Positions 35,670-45,971 of a stretch of DNA of 64,000 bases are shown here, one piece after another. Location: assembly GCA_964195235.1 (NCBI GenBank), contig CAXMOW010000003.1:16773-80772 (forward strand), read 5' to 3'. Every line of letters begins with the position of its first letter. Position 1 is the first letter of the stretch. The DNA comes from an uncultured Acidimicrobiia bacterium (GTDB taxonomy: Bacteria > Actinomycetota > Acidimicrobiia > Spongiisociales > ZC4RG35). The notes under the pieces were generated by a model. It was not told where the DNA came from. It saw nothing but the letters and a program-made list of their open reading frames with translations, and ran no database searches. The position numbers and the translations under genes were made by a program.

Positions 35670-36221
35670 ATGTTCTGGCTCGCCGTAGTCACCGCTGAGA
35701 AAGCGGTTTGGACGTCAGAGGAGCGACAACGTCGTGCGTTCGTTGAATCTCTCTATCACTCAGAGGCGGTGTCGCTGGTCCGACTCGCCCGATTGTTCAC
35801 CGATGACCGATCGGGCGCGGAAGACATCGTTCAGGAGGCCTTTATCAAGCTGTACCACGCCGTCGGGCGGATCAACGATCCGGACAAGAGTGCCGCCTAC
35901 CTCCGTTCGATCGTGCTCAACCTGGCAAGGGATTACAACCGGAGGGGTTTGATGTCCCTCCGTCATCAGGATGCGCTTGTTGACCGACGGCCGGCCGAGA
36001 AACCCGATGAGCAGATCGTCCGAACCGAGAGTCAGGCGGAAGTCCTCGAGGCTCTCGACACCCTGTCGCCGAGGCAAAGAGAGTGTCTGGTTCTTCGGTT
36101 CTACATGGATCTTGCCGAGCGGGAGATCGCAGAGACACTCTCAATATCTCCAAACTCGGTGAAGACCCACTGTCGCCGGGGCATGGAGGCCCTGGCAGAG
36201 CGTTTGGAGGTAGTGCGATGA
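35670..36221 (+). CDS. ECF-type RNA polymerase sigma factor
   Basis: Region 2 (AEDIVQEAFIKLYH) and region 4 (LSPRQRECLVLRFYMDLAEREIAETLSISPNSVKTHCRRGMEAL). Confidence 0.85.
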   Translation: MFWLAVVTAEKAVWTSEERQRRAFVESLYHSEAVSLVRLARLFTDDRSGAEDIVQEAFIKLYHAVGRINDPDKSAAYLRSIVLNLARDYNRRGLMSLRHQDALVDRRPAEKPDEQIVRTESQAEVLEALDTLSPRQRECLVLRFYMDLAEREIAETLSISPNSVKTHCRRGMEALAERLEVVR

Positions 36222-36952
36222 CAATCGAAGAGCGTCTCACCGACGCCTTGCATGAGGCCGACCAGTTCGAACCGAGCCTCGACCTGTTTGCACGTGTCGG
36301 TCGAAGCATCAGTGAGGACCTCGCGCATCGGCGACGTCTACTGAGGATCTATTTGTCCGTCCTTCTAGGCGTGGTTCTCAGTGTCGGCTATTTCGGATTG
36401 GTGGTGTCCTCCAGTTCGCACGGCCTGACGATTGCTGCATGGGAGATCAAGTTGTTCGAAGTTGCCGTAATGGGCGTCTTGGTGATCGTGCTGGCGCCAA
36501 ACATCAGAAGGTTCGCCAGGAGTTTCGTCGCTGACGTTTTTCACCTGAGCGCCGCAACCGGGGGCCGATTCCTCGTAGTCCTGGACATTGCTTACTACCT
36601 GGTGTTCACGGGCCTGATCCTCGGAAACGCGGACTTCGGGCCTCCCAGGGCTGAACTCGCATTGCCTTCAGCATTCGAAGACACTGCCTTTACGCTTGCG
36701 TTCCTTCTCCTGTTCATGGGCCTTCTCCACGCCGTGAACATCGCCACCCTCCCGTTTGTCGGACTCGTGTTCAACTCGGTGATCCGGCTCACCCTCCGAA
36801 GGGAAGCTGGAGATGCGGCACCGCCTATGTCCGTTCGAGCGGAAAGCGCTGAGTCGAACGCGAAGACTCTGGTCATTGTCATCGTCGTATTGGCGGTAGC
36901 AGTGGCAGTGCCGATCATCGCGCTGCTTGTGATCGGTGGGCTAGCCGGATGA
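36218..36952 (+). CDS. Putative anti-sigma factor / membrane protein carrying the duplicated module
   Basis: ATGA overlap with the sigma gene. It has a short cytoplasmic N-terminus, then TM segments, the module paralogous to 35274-35666, and a C-terminal TM segment. Anti-sigma function is inferred from position only. Confidence 0.6.
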   Translation: MTIEERLTDALHEADQFEPSLDLFARVGRSISEDLAHRRRLLRIYLSVLLGVVLSVGYFGLVVSSSSHGLTIAAWEIKLFEVAVMGVLVIVLAPNIRRFARSFVADVFHLSAATGGRFLVVLDIAYYLVFTGLILGNADFGPPRAELALPSAFEDTAFTLAFLLLFMGLLHAVNIATLPFVGLVFNSVIRLTLRREAGDAAPPMSVRAESAESNAKTLVIVIVVLAVAVAVPIIALLVIGGLAG

Positions 36953-37048
36953 AGCCAACTCGGGCGGGCAAAGGTGGGCCGCGACCGGATACTGGTCGTG
37001 CGCCCCGCATCCGGGGCGTTAGCTGAGGCTCACAGAATTGCCAGCGGG

Positions 37049-37789
37049 TTAGCCGGCTTGCTCGAGGAGGTCGGAGGGGATGAGGAGGACCAGGGCGGCG
37101 AGCAGGTTCCACCCAGAGTGGAGGAAGATCGCCGGTCCGAGACGGCCCGTGCGGAGGGTGAGCCAGGCCAGGAGGAGGCCGAGTAGGAAGATCTGCGGCA
37201 ATACCAATGCCGCGGACGCCCAGAGCCGGTCTAGGTCGAGGCCAAGAAGGTGAACGGCGGAGAAAACCAGGGCAGTGGCCACCATGATGAATCGGTTGCT
37301 GTGGTTGCGAAGAGCCTTGAGCAGCACACCCCTGAAGATGATCTCCTCAGTCACCGGCGCCAAGACAACTGCTGCGAGGACGAGACTCAGCTTTAGAAGC
37401 ATTGACGACTCAGCGCTTCCAATGACCTCCGCCACCTGTTGCGGAGGCTGACCGTCGGGGAAGAGGAGTCGGACCAGCGGAAGTAGCAGAAGCGCCAACG
37501 CCAGCTGGAGCAGCAAACCAAGACCGATGTACATTGCATCGCGAGGCTCGATCTCAAACCCGACAGAGGCGTCGTCTTTGAATCGAGACAACACCCAGAG
37601 TACAGAGAGGTTGCCGACGTACTGCCCGGCCAACCCGAGAACAATCACCCAGTCGTCATTGTCAAGCAGAAGGGCGAGTGCGAAGAACAACGCGGCGCCG
37701 ACGAACCCTCCCAACCAGACCAGCACAAAGTCAGTGACCGACCATGACTTGGGCTGGGTGGCGAGTGGGTGTTCAGTTATCTCTGACAC
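37049..37789 (-). CDS. CPBP-family intramembrane glutamic endopeptidase (CAAX protease-like)
   Basis: Motifs PVTEEIIFRGVL, FSAVH and FLHSGWN. A GTG start at 37789 was chosen to avoid overlap with the guaB3 promoter and start region. The ORF is open up to 37933. Confidence 0.8.
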   Translation of the reverse strand: MSEITEHPLATQPKSWSVTDFVLVWLGGFVGAALFFALALLLDNDDWVIVLGLAGQYVGNLSVLWVLSRFKDDASVGFEIEPRDAMYIGLGLLLQLALALLLLPLVRLLFPDGQPPQQVAEVIGSAESSMLLKLSLVLAAVVLAPVTEEIIFRGVLLKALRNHSNRFIMVATALVFSAVHLLGLDLDRLWASAALVLPQIFLLGLLLAWLTLRTGRLGPAIFLHSGWNLLAALVLLIPSDLLEQAG

Positions 37790-37857
37790 CGGCTGGGAGC
37801 CTACCGAGTGGTCGTCCCACTGCACTGTTACCCTGCCCAAAAGCGCTGGAGGATCAA

Positions 37858-39015
37858 GTGGAAATCGACATTGGCATCGGCAAGTCGGGCAGACAGGCGT
37901 ACGGGTTCGACGACATCGCAATTGTCCCGTCACGGAGAACCCGAGACCCCGAGGACGTTGACATTTCCTGGCAGCTCGATGCCTTCAAGTTCGACCTTCC
38001 CATGATGGGTTCGGCGATGGACTCGGCGATCAGTCCCGAGATCGCGATTCAGATCGGTCAGATCGGTGGGCTTGGTGTGCTCAACCTGGAGGGTCTCTGG
38101 AGCCGCTACGAGGACCCCACTCCCTATTTCGACGAGATAGCCGAACTCACAGACGAAAAGGCCACACTTCGTATGCAGGAGATCTACCTCGAGCCGGTCA
38201 AGCCCGAGTTGATCGCCGAGCGGGTGGCCACGATGAAAGACGCGGGCATCGTCACCGCGGGCAGTCTTACTCCTCAGAAGGTGCGTGCGTGGGCCGGCAA
38301 CGCTCTCAACGCCGGTCTCGACGTTCTCGTCATCCAAGGCACGGTGGTATCTGCCGAACATGTCTCGAGCCGAGACGAACCGCTCAACCTCAAGGAGTAC
38401 ATCGCCGACTGTGACGTACCCGTGATTGTTGGAGGGGTGGCCAGCTACTCCACGGCCCTCCATCTGATGAGGACAGGGGCCGTCGGTGTGCTCGTCGGTG
38501 TCGGACCTGGTGCGGCCTGCACGACACGAGGTGTGCTCGGAGTAGGCGTTCCTCAGGCCACCGCAATCGCCGATGCTGCAGGTGCGCGGATCCGCTACCT
38601 CGACGAAACTGGTCGTTATGTCCATGTCATCGCCGATGGTGGAATGAGGACCGGGGGTGATGTTGCCAAGGCCATTGCTTGTGGTGCGGATGCAGTGATG
38701 ATCGGTTCGCCTCTAGCCTCGGCTTCGGAGGCTCCCGGGAAAGGACACCATTGGGGGATGGCCACCTTTCATCCGACACTTCCACGCGGGGCAAGGGTGC
38801 GCACCGGAGATCGGGGAACGCTCGAAGAGATCCTGTTAGGCCCTGCGCACGAAAACGACGGCAAGCTCAACCTATTCGGGGCGCTTCAGGTTTCGATGGC
38901 GACGACTGGATACTCCAATGTCAAGGAGTTTCAGAAAGCCGAGGTGATGATCGCTCCGTCGTTCCAAACCGAAGGCAAGTCCTTGCAGCGCTCCCAAAAC
39001 GTCGGGATGGGATGA
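37858..39015 (+). CDS. guaB3: GuaB3-family IMP-dehydrogenase-related protein
   Basis: The GTG start is preceded by ggagga. The sequence [28 protein letters not shown] and the absence of CBS domains are typical of actinobacterial GuaB3. Confidence 0.85.
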   Translation: MEIDIGIGKSGRQAYGFDDIAIVPSRRTRDPEDVDISWQLDAFKFDLPMMGSAMDSAISPEIAIQIGQIGGLGVLNLEGLWSRYEDPTPYFDEIAELTDEKATLRMQEIYLEPVKPELIAERVATMKDAGIVTAGSLTPQKVRAWAGNALNAGLDVLVIQGTVVSAEHVSSRDEPLNLKEYIADCDVPVIVGGVASYSTALHLMRTGAVGVLVGVGPGAACTTRGVLGVGVPQATAIADAAGARIRYLDETGRYVHVIADGGMRTGGDVAKAIACGADAVMIGSPLASASEAPGKGHHWGMATFHPTLPRGARVRTGDRGTLEEILLGPAHENDGKLNLFGALQVSMATTGYSNVKEFQKAEVMIAPSFQTEGKSLQRSQNVGMG

Positions 39016-40556
39016 CACCGGTCGACTATGAACCGACGGTCTTGGTCGTCGACTTCGGAGCACAGTATGCACAACTCATCGCTCGACGCGTGCGCGAAGC
39101 CCATGTCCGGTCTGAGATCGTGTCCCGCGACATCACATCAAGCGAGATTCGTCAGCGCCGACCAATCGGCCTGATTCTTTCCGGTGGTCCGGCATCGGTT
39201 TACGCCGAAGGTGCCTATCAGATGGACCCTGAGGTTCTCGAGCTTGGGATTCCGGTTCTTGGTATTTGCTACGGCCATCAGCTAATGGCTGATCTGGCTG
39301 GTGGCCAGGTCTCCAACACCGGCGACGCTGAATATGGCAAAACGTCCCTGGAAGTGACTGGAGATTCGATCCTCCTTCGTGACCTCCCCCCGGAACAAAA
39401 CGTATGGATGTCACACACTGATCAAGTGACACAGACTCCCGAGGGTTTCACATCTGTTGCTACAACAGCCGGTGCCTCGGTGGCGGCAATGGAGCACCGG
39501 GAGCGCGGTCTATATGGCGTCCAGTTCCACCCAGAGGTGGCACACACCCCGCGAGGCAACGAGATCCTCAAAAACTTTCTTTATGACGTCTGTCACGCCA
39601 TCCCCTCTTGGACTTCGCACTCGATTATCGAATCCCAGTTGGACGCGATTCGTAGCCAAGTCGGCGACGATCATGTGATCTGTGGTTTGTCGGGAGGGGT
39701 CGATTCGTCGGTGGCTGCCGCCATCGTCCACGAAGCGGTCGGTGATCAGCTGACCTGCATCTTTGTTGATCACGGTCTACTCAGGGCCGGCGAGGCATCC
39801 CAAGTTGAGGAGACCTTTCGATCTCATTTCGATGTCGACCTGATACATATAAAGGCCGCCGATCGTTTTCTGGAACAACTCGTCGGGGTCAGCGACCCGG
39901 AACAGAAGCGGAAGATTATCGGTGAGACATTCATCCGTGTGTTCGAGGAGGCCGCAGCCTCAGTCGGTGATGCTTCGTTTCTCGTTCAGGGCACTCTCTA
40001 TCCCGATGTCATCGAATCTGGTTTCGGCACTGCCGCGACCATCAAGACGCATCACAATGTCGGTGGCCTGCCCAAAGACATGACCCTCGAATTGGTCGAG
40101 CCGCTTCGCGACCTCTTCAAGGACGAGGTGCGGGCAATAGGTGAAGAACTCGGTCTACCGGAGGAGATCGTCTGGCGTCAGCCCTTCCCGGGGCCAGGCC
40201 TGGCGGTGAGGATTATCGGTGAGGTCACTCTGGAGAGACTGGAGATTCTGAGATCGGCTGACAGCATCATCCTCGATGAGATAAAGCGCTCCGGCCTTTA
40301 CCGGGACATTTGGCAAGCCTTCGGTGTGTTACCGGCAGTCAAGACGGTGGGCGTCCAAGGTGACGTCCGAACCTATGCCTATCCGCTGATCGTTCGGGCG
40401 GTCACGAGTGAGGACGCGATGACCGCCGATTGGGCCCGGATTCCGTATGAGATTCTCGAACGTATTTCTTCGCGCGTTATCAACGAAGTTCCCGGGATTA
40501 ACCGTGTCGCATATGACATTTCATCAAAGCCCCCGGCCACCATCGAGTGGGAGTGA
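39012..40556 (+). CDS. guaA: GMP synthase (glutamine-hydrolysing)
   Basis: GATase motif [11 protein letters not shown]-loop SGGVDSSV, C-terminal ATIEWE. ATGA overlap with guaB3. Confidence 0.95.
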   Translation: MTPVDYEPTVLVVDFGAQYAQLIARRVREAHVRSEIVSRDITSSEIRQRRPIGLILSGGPASVYAEGAYQMDPEVLELGIPVLGICYGHQLMADLAGGQVSNTGDAEYGKTSLEVTGDSILLRDLPPEQNVWMSHTDQVTQTPEGFTSVATTAGASVAAMEHRERGLYGVQFHPEVAHTPRGNEILKNFLYDVCHAIPSWTSHSIIESQLDAIRSQVGDDHVICGLSGGVDSSVAAAIVHEAVGDQLTCIFVDHGLLRAGEASQVEETFRSHFDVDLIHIKAADRFLEQLVGVSDPEQKRKIIGETFIRVFEEAAASVGDASFLVQGTLYPDVIESGFGTAATIKTHHNVGGLPKDMTLELVEPLRDLFKDEVRAIGEELGLPEEIVWRQPFPGPGLAVRIIGEVTLERLEILRSADSIILDEIKRSGLYRDIWQAFGVLPAVKTVGVQGDVRTYAYPLIVRAVTSEDAMTADWARIPYEILERISSRVINEVPGINRVAYDISSKPPATIEWE

Positions 40557-40606
40557 CATCGGGTCAATAGGTCCATTCAGAGAAGTTCTCCGGTTGCCGA
40601 TAGGGG

Positions 40607-42637
40607 TTGCGTTGGCTAGGGAACAACCAAGTGGATCTGAACACACCTGAACTCACGCGCATCTTCCGCGAGGAGCTTGACGAACGGTCGAGTCGTCTTG
40701 TCGCGGGCGCCCGTGCTCTAGCTGACAAGACACTGGTGGCTGACACCATTCCGGATCTGGTACGGGATGCACACACGATCAAGGGATCGGCTGGTCTCCT
40801 TGGATTCGACGCGATCAAAGAGGCGGGCGCTCGTCTCGAGCGGCTGTGGAAGATGGTTGGCGACGGGAGCATTCCCGCTCCTGACGTTGTTGTCGCAATG
40901 GAAGCCGTAGCTGGTCGCCTGGTCGCAACCCTTGACGCAGGAAGCGGAGCCGAGCTTGCTGACATCATCGAGAAACTCAACTCTGATGTGGAGCCCACCA
41001 AAGAACCCACTGAGGTCATCCCCTTGCGTCGGCCTGATTCCAGCAGTCTCGGAGGTCTTCTCTCGTCTGTTTCCGAGTCTCTTCTCGGCGGTGCGACCAG
41101 GGTTGACACCGGAGACCTCTATCGACTGATCAATCGGATAGTCGAGGTGTCTCTCGACGCCGACGCCCTTGCCGATCTTTCGCTGGTAAGCATCGAAGGC
41201 GCCGACCCTGAGCTCTTCCGCAAGACGTGGCGTGGTCAGTTGGAGCAACTCAGTTCTTCAGTGAGTGACATCCAGGATCAGGCCGTTTCCCTGGCCAATG
41301 TCTCATTCTTCGATGCGGTTTCGACCTTCCCGCAGTTTGTTCGCTACCTCGCGCGTCGATTGGGAAAAGATGTGCGAATTGACGTAACGGGAGAGGATGT
41401 CGAGCTTGATCGGCAGATCGTCGATTTGATCCGTGACCCGCTGCGTCATCTTCTGGTCAATGCCGTAGACCACGGCATCGAGCCGCCGACCGAGCGGGTC
41501 GCCTTGGGGAAGGCCGCCACCGGGACGATCCGGGTTCACGCCGAGAAGTTTGAAGAGCGGATCGAGGTCACCGTTTCGGATGACGGTGCTGGTATCGACT
41601 GGGATCGCGTAGCTGAGGTCGCCAATGCATCCGGTCTTCCTGTCATCCCTCCAGATCTGAGTCCCGTCCTTTTTCATCCTGGGTTCACGACGATCGAAGA
41701 AGCCACCGATTTCTCAGGAACAGGCGATGGACTGCCCGAGTCTCTGGCGGCTGCCGAGCAGGTGAGCGGTGCGGTTCATGTCGAATCTTCACCTGGCCAG
41801 GGGACTGCCGTGACGTTGACGTTGCCACTTTCCATGGTCTTGCAGAATGTTGTTGTAGTTGCACTTGGTGATGAGTTCTGGGGTCTTCCCGAAGCTGCGG
41901 TCGAAGCAGCGATGCCATTGTCGACTGCAGAGCTGATCAAGACCGCTAGCGGCCGGGAACTCCGATTCAAAAGTGGTGCAATCCCCTGTGTTTCCCTTTC
42001 CTTGGCTGTCGGTGCCGCAGAACCACCTGATGAATCGGAGTTGCTGGTGGTCAACACCAGGTCTGGCTTGGTTGCGGTGACCTTTAGCGAACTGGTCGAT
42101 CGACGCCGAGTTGCCGTGAAGAACCTTGGCCCGATTCTCGAGGGGGCCGGTCACATAACCGGTGCCGCCCTCCTTGGAGGTGGGCAGGTCCTGGTCGTTC
42201 TGGATCCCAATTTCCTTGGTGTCGTGGCACGTCATCGGCCGCGAATTGTTGAGGACAGGCCACGGGTCCTGGTTGTCGACGACTCAGCCGGTGTCCGCCA
42301 ACTCCTCTCGGCGACACTCAATGGTGCGGGTTTTGACGTCGAGGTCGCTAGTGGTGCGCGCGAGGCCGTCCTCGCGATGGCGACGGACCAATTTGACGCG
42401 ATGGTTGTTGACTATTCGATGCCGAGATCCAACGGGGTTGAACTGGTCCGAGCAATGCGGGCCTCAGATGTTCAAGTGCCAATCGTAATGGTGTCGGGCG
42501 TGGCCACACTGAACGAGAAGAACGCGGCGTGGGAAGTGGGCGTCGATGCCTATCTCGACAAGTTCGATCTACGTCAAGGCGTACTTACCAAAACCTTGAG
42601 ACAGCTGATCGGCCTGGACGACGCCGACACCGCCTAG
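40607..42637 (+). CDS. CheA-like hybrid histidine kinase (HPt - kinase - CheW-like - receiver)
   Basis: HPt motif (DAHTIKGSAGLLGF). CheA P4 motifs (DPLRHLLVNAVDHGIE..GKAATGTIRV..VSDDGAGID). A CheW-like segment. A C-terminal REC domain (RVLVVDDSAGVR..DAMVVDYSMPRSNG..K at DKFD). Confidence 0.85.
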   Translation: MRWLGNNQVDLNTPELTRIFREELDERSSRLVAGARALADKTLVADTIPDLVRDAHTIKGSAGLLGFDAIKEAGARLERLWKMVGDGSIPAPDVVVAMEAVAGRLVATLDAGSGAELADIIEKLNSDVEPTKEPTEVIPLRRPDSSSLGGLLSSVSESLLGGATRVDTGDLYRLINRIVEVSLDADALADLSLVSIEGADPELFRKTWRGQLEQLSSSVSDIQDQAVSLANVSFFDAVSTFPQFVRYLARRLGKDVRIDVTGEDVELDRQIVDLIRDPLRHLLVNAVDHGIEPPTERVALGKAATGTIRVHAEKFEERIEVTVSDDGAGIDWDRVAEVANASGLPVIPPDLSPVLFHPGFTTIEEATDFSGTGDGLPESLAAAEQVSGAVHVESSPGQGTAVTLTLPLSMVLQNVVVVALGDEFWGLPEAAVEAAMPLSTAELIKTASGRELRFKSGAIPCVSLSLAVGAAEPPDESELLVVNTRSGLVAVTFSELVDRRRVAVKNLGPILEGAGHITGAALLGGGQVLVVLDPNFLGVVARHRPRIVEDRPRVLVVDDSAGVRQLLSATLNGAGFDVEVASGAREAVLAMATDQFDAMVVDYSMPRSNGVELVRAMRASDVQVPIVMVSGVATLNEKNAAWEVGVDAYLDKFDLRQGVLTKTLRQLIGLDDADTA

Positions 42638-42712
42638 CGGTTCGCGCACCACACCGACCGAGGGGTGCAGAAGACTTCAGAGCAGCCCCGTTGGGGTCGA
42701 TAACCAGCTTGC

Positions 42713-43615
42713 ATGCTAGAAATTTCGCAGTACGGGGAGTACCTGCTCTATGCGTTGCCGCTTTTTGGGGCGGTGGCCCTGATTTGGGCATGGAGAATGA
42801 CGCGCCAAAGCAGGGAGCGTGAGCGTCAAGTCCTGCATCTCAGCGAAGAGGCTTACAGCCTCAAGAACGACTTTGTCGCGATGGTGAGCCACGAATTGCG
42901 CACCCCTCTCACCTCCATAGCAGGGTTCGCCGACACCCTTGTCCAATCGTGGGACGATTTGCCCCGTGACGAAATTGACGAGTTCCTCTCGATAATCAAT
43001 CGACAAGCGAACTATCTGGGCGACTTGGTAGAGGATGTGCTTGTGATTCCGAGACTGGAAGCCAACCGACTCCATCTCAATCCCGACCTTTTTGACTTTG
43101 GTGATCTAATCGAGGATGTGGCCCAGATGGTGTTCCCCAATGGCGGCAAGAAGACTTCTCTGGTGTCTCTTCCTGATGGTGTCCGCGTCTATGCCGATCG
43201 GAGACGTGTCCAGCAGATCGTCCGCAACCTTATGGAGAATGCCCGCAAATACGGTGGTGACCAGGTCATGGTCGAAGGCTTCGTGATGGGCGATCAGTAT
43301 TTGGTGATCATTTCAGACAACGGGCCGGGTGTGCCCAACGAGGAGACGCTGAAGGTCTTCGAGAACTTTGAGCAGGTCTCGAAAGGTGATGCACGTGAGT
43401 CCACCGGTTTTGGCCTTGGTCTGCCCATCGCCCGACGCCTCGCCCGGCATATGGGTGGCGACGTCTGGTACGAGCGGCGTTTCCCGACCGGCGCCCGGTT
43501 CTGCTATTCACTTCCTCTCCGCCGTCGCACCATCCTCGAAGATGGCACTGCCCAGCCGTCCGAGGCGGAATTTGGCGGTCTGGTCGAGCTTCCCGAGGAA
43601 GCTCTTTCGGCCTGA
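42713..43615 (+). CDS. Membrane-anchored sensor histidine kinase
   Basis: One N-terminal TM segment, H-box (MVSHELRTPLTSI), N/G boxes (NLMENARKYG, DNGPGV, GFGLGLPIARR). Confidence 0.85.
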   Translation: MLEISQYGEYLLYALPLFGAVALIWAWRMTRQSRERERQVLHLSEEAYSLKNDFVAMVSHELRTPLTSIAGFADTLVQSWDDLPRDEIDEFLSIINRQANYLGDLVEDVLVIPRLEANRLHLNPDLFDFGDLIEDVAQMVFPNGGKKTSLVSLPDGVRVYADRRRVQQIVRNLMENARKYGGDQVMVEGFVMGDQYLVIISDNGPGVPNEETLKVFENFEQVSKGDARESTGFGLGLPIARRLARHMGGDVWYERRFPTGARFCYSLPLRRRTILEDGTAQPSEAEFGGLVELPEEALSA

Positions 43616-43683
43616 TCGACCGGGTTTGGTCAGCGACAACACATGTGTGATTCGTCACTGGTGGCCGGTACCATCGGCGATCG

Positions 43684-45915
43684 ATGCAGCAGGCTGAATG
43701 GTTTCTCGATGACGTACCCGCGAACTCCCCGCTATTCGTTGATCTGAATCCGACCCAGCGAGAGGCGGTTGCCGCCACTGAGGGTCCTGTAGTGGTGGTT
43801 GCCGGCGCAGGGTCGGGAAAGACCCGTGTTCTCACCTATCGCATTGCACATCTGATACGAGACCTACGGGTGGCGCCCGACTCGATCCTCGCTATCACCT
43901 TCACCAACAAAGCTGCCAATGAGATGAGGGAGAGAGTGGGTGCCCTCGTTGGCGGAATGGTCCGCTCGATGTGGGTGAGCACCTTTCACTCGGCATGTGT
44001 CCGGATTCTGCGTCGAGAGGCACCCAGGCTCGGATATCGATCTGCATTCACCATTTACGACGACGCTGACTCACTTCGCTTGCTCAGAATGGTGATCAAG
44101 GATCTCGACCTCGAAACCAAGCGCTTCCCTGAGAAGGCCATGAAGGCCGTTATCTCCAAGGCCAAGAGTGAGTTGGTCGACTACGAGTCGTTCGCCGACC
44201 AGGGAGATGGCTTTTTCCACGAACAGGTGGCCGACATTTATCGCTTGTATCAGCAGCGCATGGTCGAGGCATCTGCCATGGACTTCGACGACTTGCTGAT
44301 GGTCACGGTTGAATTGTTCGCAGCGTTTCCTGACGCCCTCGAGACCTATCAGAATCGATTTCGATATGTGTTGGTCGACGAGTATCAGGACACCAACCGC
44401 GCCCAATACATGCTGGTCAAACAGCTGACTGCCGTTCATCGCAACCTATGTGTTGTAGGTGACTCCGATCAGTCGATCTACAAGTTCCGCGGGGCCGACA
44501 TCAGGAATATCCGAGACTTTGAGAAGGACTATCCCGACGCCAGGATCGTGGTACTCGATCAGAACTACAGGTCGACCGAGACGATCTTGGACGCAGCAAA
44601 CTCGATCATTTCAAACAACACCAAACGAACTCCAAAACACCTCTGGTCCGATCGCGGACGTGGCAGCGAGATCATCCGTTTCGAGGCTGAAGACGAGCAC
44701 GACGAGGGGGGCTTCGTCGTCGACGAGATCGAAAGACTCCAGGGCGAAGGTTTCAATCTCGCCGATATGGCCGTGTTCTTCCGCACCAACGCGATGTCGC
44801 GGGTGATCGAGGATGTGTTTGTCCGTCGGAGGATTCCCTACACCGTGGTTGGATCGGTGAAGTTCTACGACCGCAAGGAGATCAAAGACGCGGTCGCATA
44901 TCTCAGGGTCCTCGTCAACCCAGCGGACGAGGTCTCAATGAAGCGGATCATCAACGAGCCCCGCCGGAGCATTGGCCAAACCACGGTTGCCCATCTCGAT
45001 CGGTATTCGCAAGGAAATCGGATCAGCTTCTACGAAGGGCTCCAGCTGGCCGCTGAGATCCCTCAACTGAGCGCCCGCGCACAGAAGTCGGTCTTGGAGT
45101 TCGTGGCGCTTCTCGGTCGACTCCGAGAGAAGGGAGAAGACGGTGGCGTAGAGGCAGCCATTCAAGCCGTTCTCGATGACACCGGAATGGTGGCCAACCT
45201 CGAGTCGGAGCGAACCATAGAAGCCATGGGACGAGTGGAGAATCTTCGTGAGCTTGTCGGTGTGGCTGCCGAATTCGAGAGCTCCAATGAGGGTGCCGTC
45301 ATCGGTGATGAAGACTTCGACGATCTTGACCATCTTCGCCGGCTTGAGATCTTCCTGGAATCGACTGCGCTTGTCGCGGATATCGACGAGTGGGATGAAG
45401 GTGCTGGAGCAGTGACTCTGATGACCCTTCACACCGCGAAAGGTTTGGAGTTTCCGGTCGTCTTCATAGTCGGGATGGAGGATGGGGTGTTTCCACACAT
45501 GCGTTCGCTGGGTGATCCGGAGGAGCTAGAAGAGGAACGTCGTCTCGCCTATGTGGGAATTACTAGGGCACAAGATTTTCTCTATCTGACATCGGCGTGG
45601 CAGCGGATGTTGTTTGGTGCTTCGAGTTACAACCCGCCCTCACGATTTCTCAAGGAAGTGCCTGACGAATTGATCAAGAACGCTCCGAAGAGACAACGCC
45701 GCAGACCGGCAGATCGGGCCGCAGCTTCCGGTCCTCGGACGACGGTGGCTCCGGGCGAGGTGGGTCCCGGTGATCGTGTCCGTCACGACAAGTGGGGGCT
45801 AGGCACCGTTAGGGAAGTTGTTGGCGAAGGCGATCGGGCCGAAGCCGAGGTGATGTTCGACACTCAGGGCAAGAAACGCCTCCTCCTGGCCTGGGCACCC
45901 CTCGAAAGAGCCTGA
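43684..45915 (+). CDS. pcrA: ATP-dependent DNA helicase PcrA/UvrD family
   Basis: SF1 motifs (AGAGSGKTRVLTYRIAHL, VLVDEYQDTN, VGDSDQSIYKFRGA, TLHTAKGLEFPVVF, YVGITRA) and a C-terminal Tudor-like tail (GDRVRHDKWGLGTV). Confidence 0.9.
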   Translation: MQQAEWFLDDVPANSPLFVDLNPTQREAVAATEGPVVVVAGAGSGKTRVLTYRIAHLIRDLRVAPDSILAITFTNKAANEMRERVGALVGGMVRSMWVSTFHSACVRILRREAPRLGYRSAFTIYDDADSLRLLRMVIKDLDLETKRFPEKAMKAVISKAKSELVDYESFADQGDGFFHEQVADIYRLYQQRMVEASAMDFDDLLMVTVELFAAFPDALETYQNRFRYVLVDEYQDTNRAQYMLVKQLTAVHRNLCVVGDSDQSIYKFRGADIRNIRDFEKDYPDARIVVLDQNYRSTETILDAANSIISNNTKRTPKHLWSDRGRGSEIIRFEAEDEHDEGGFVVDEIERLQGEGFNLADMAVFFRTNAMSRVIEDVFVRRRIPYTVVGSVKFYDRKEIKDAVAYLRVLVNPADEVSMKRIINEPRRSIGQTTVAHLDRYSQGNRISFYEGLQLAAEIPQLSARAQKSVLEFVALLGRLREKGEDGGVEAAIQAVLDDTGMVANLESERTIEAMGRVENLRELVGVAAEFESSNEGAVIGDEDFDDLDHLRRLEIFLESTALVADIDEWDEGAGAVTLMTLHTAKGLEFPVVFIVGMEDGVFPHMRSLGDPEELEEERRLAYVGITRAQDFLYLTSAWQRMLFGASSYNPPSRFLKEVPDELIKNAPKRQRRRPADRAAASGPRTTVAPGEVGPGDRVRHDKWGLGTVREVVGEGDRAEAEVMFDTQGKKRLLLAWAPLERA

Positions 45916-45971
45916 TCGAGTTTGCCGCCCCCATCGAAGAGGCCAATCGGGGTTATGTGCGTCTACTCGGG

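Noticed and set aside
43684-45915. UvrD/PcrA-family helicase as a possible defence-system component.
   Set aside because: It has the full housekeeping PcrA architecture, including the C-terminal Tudor-like tail. It has no nuclease or other accessory partner, and its neighbours are unrelated genes.
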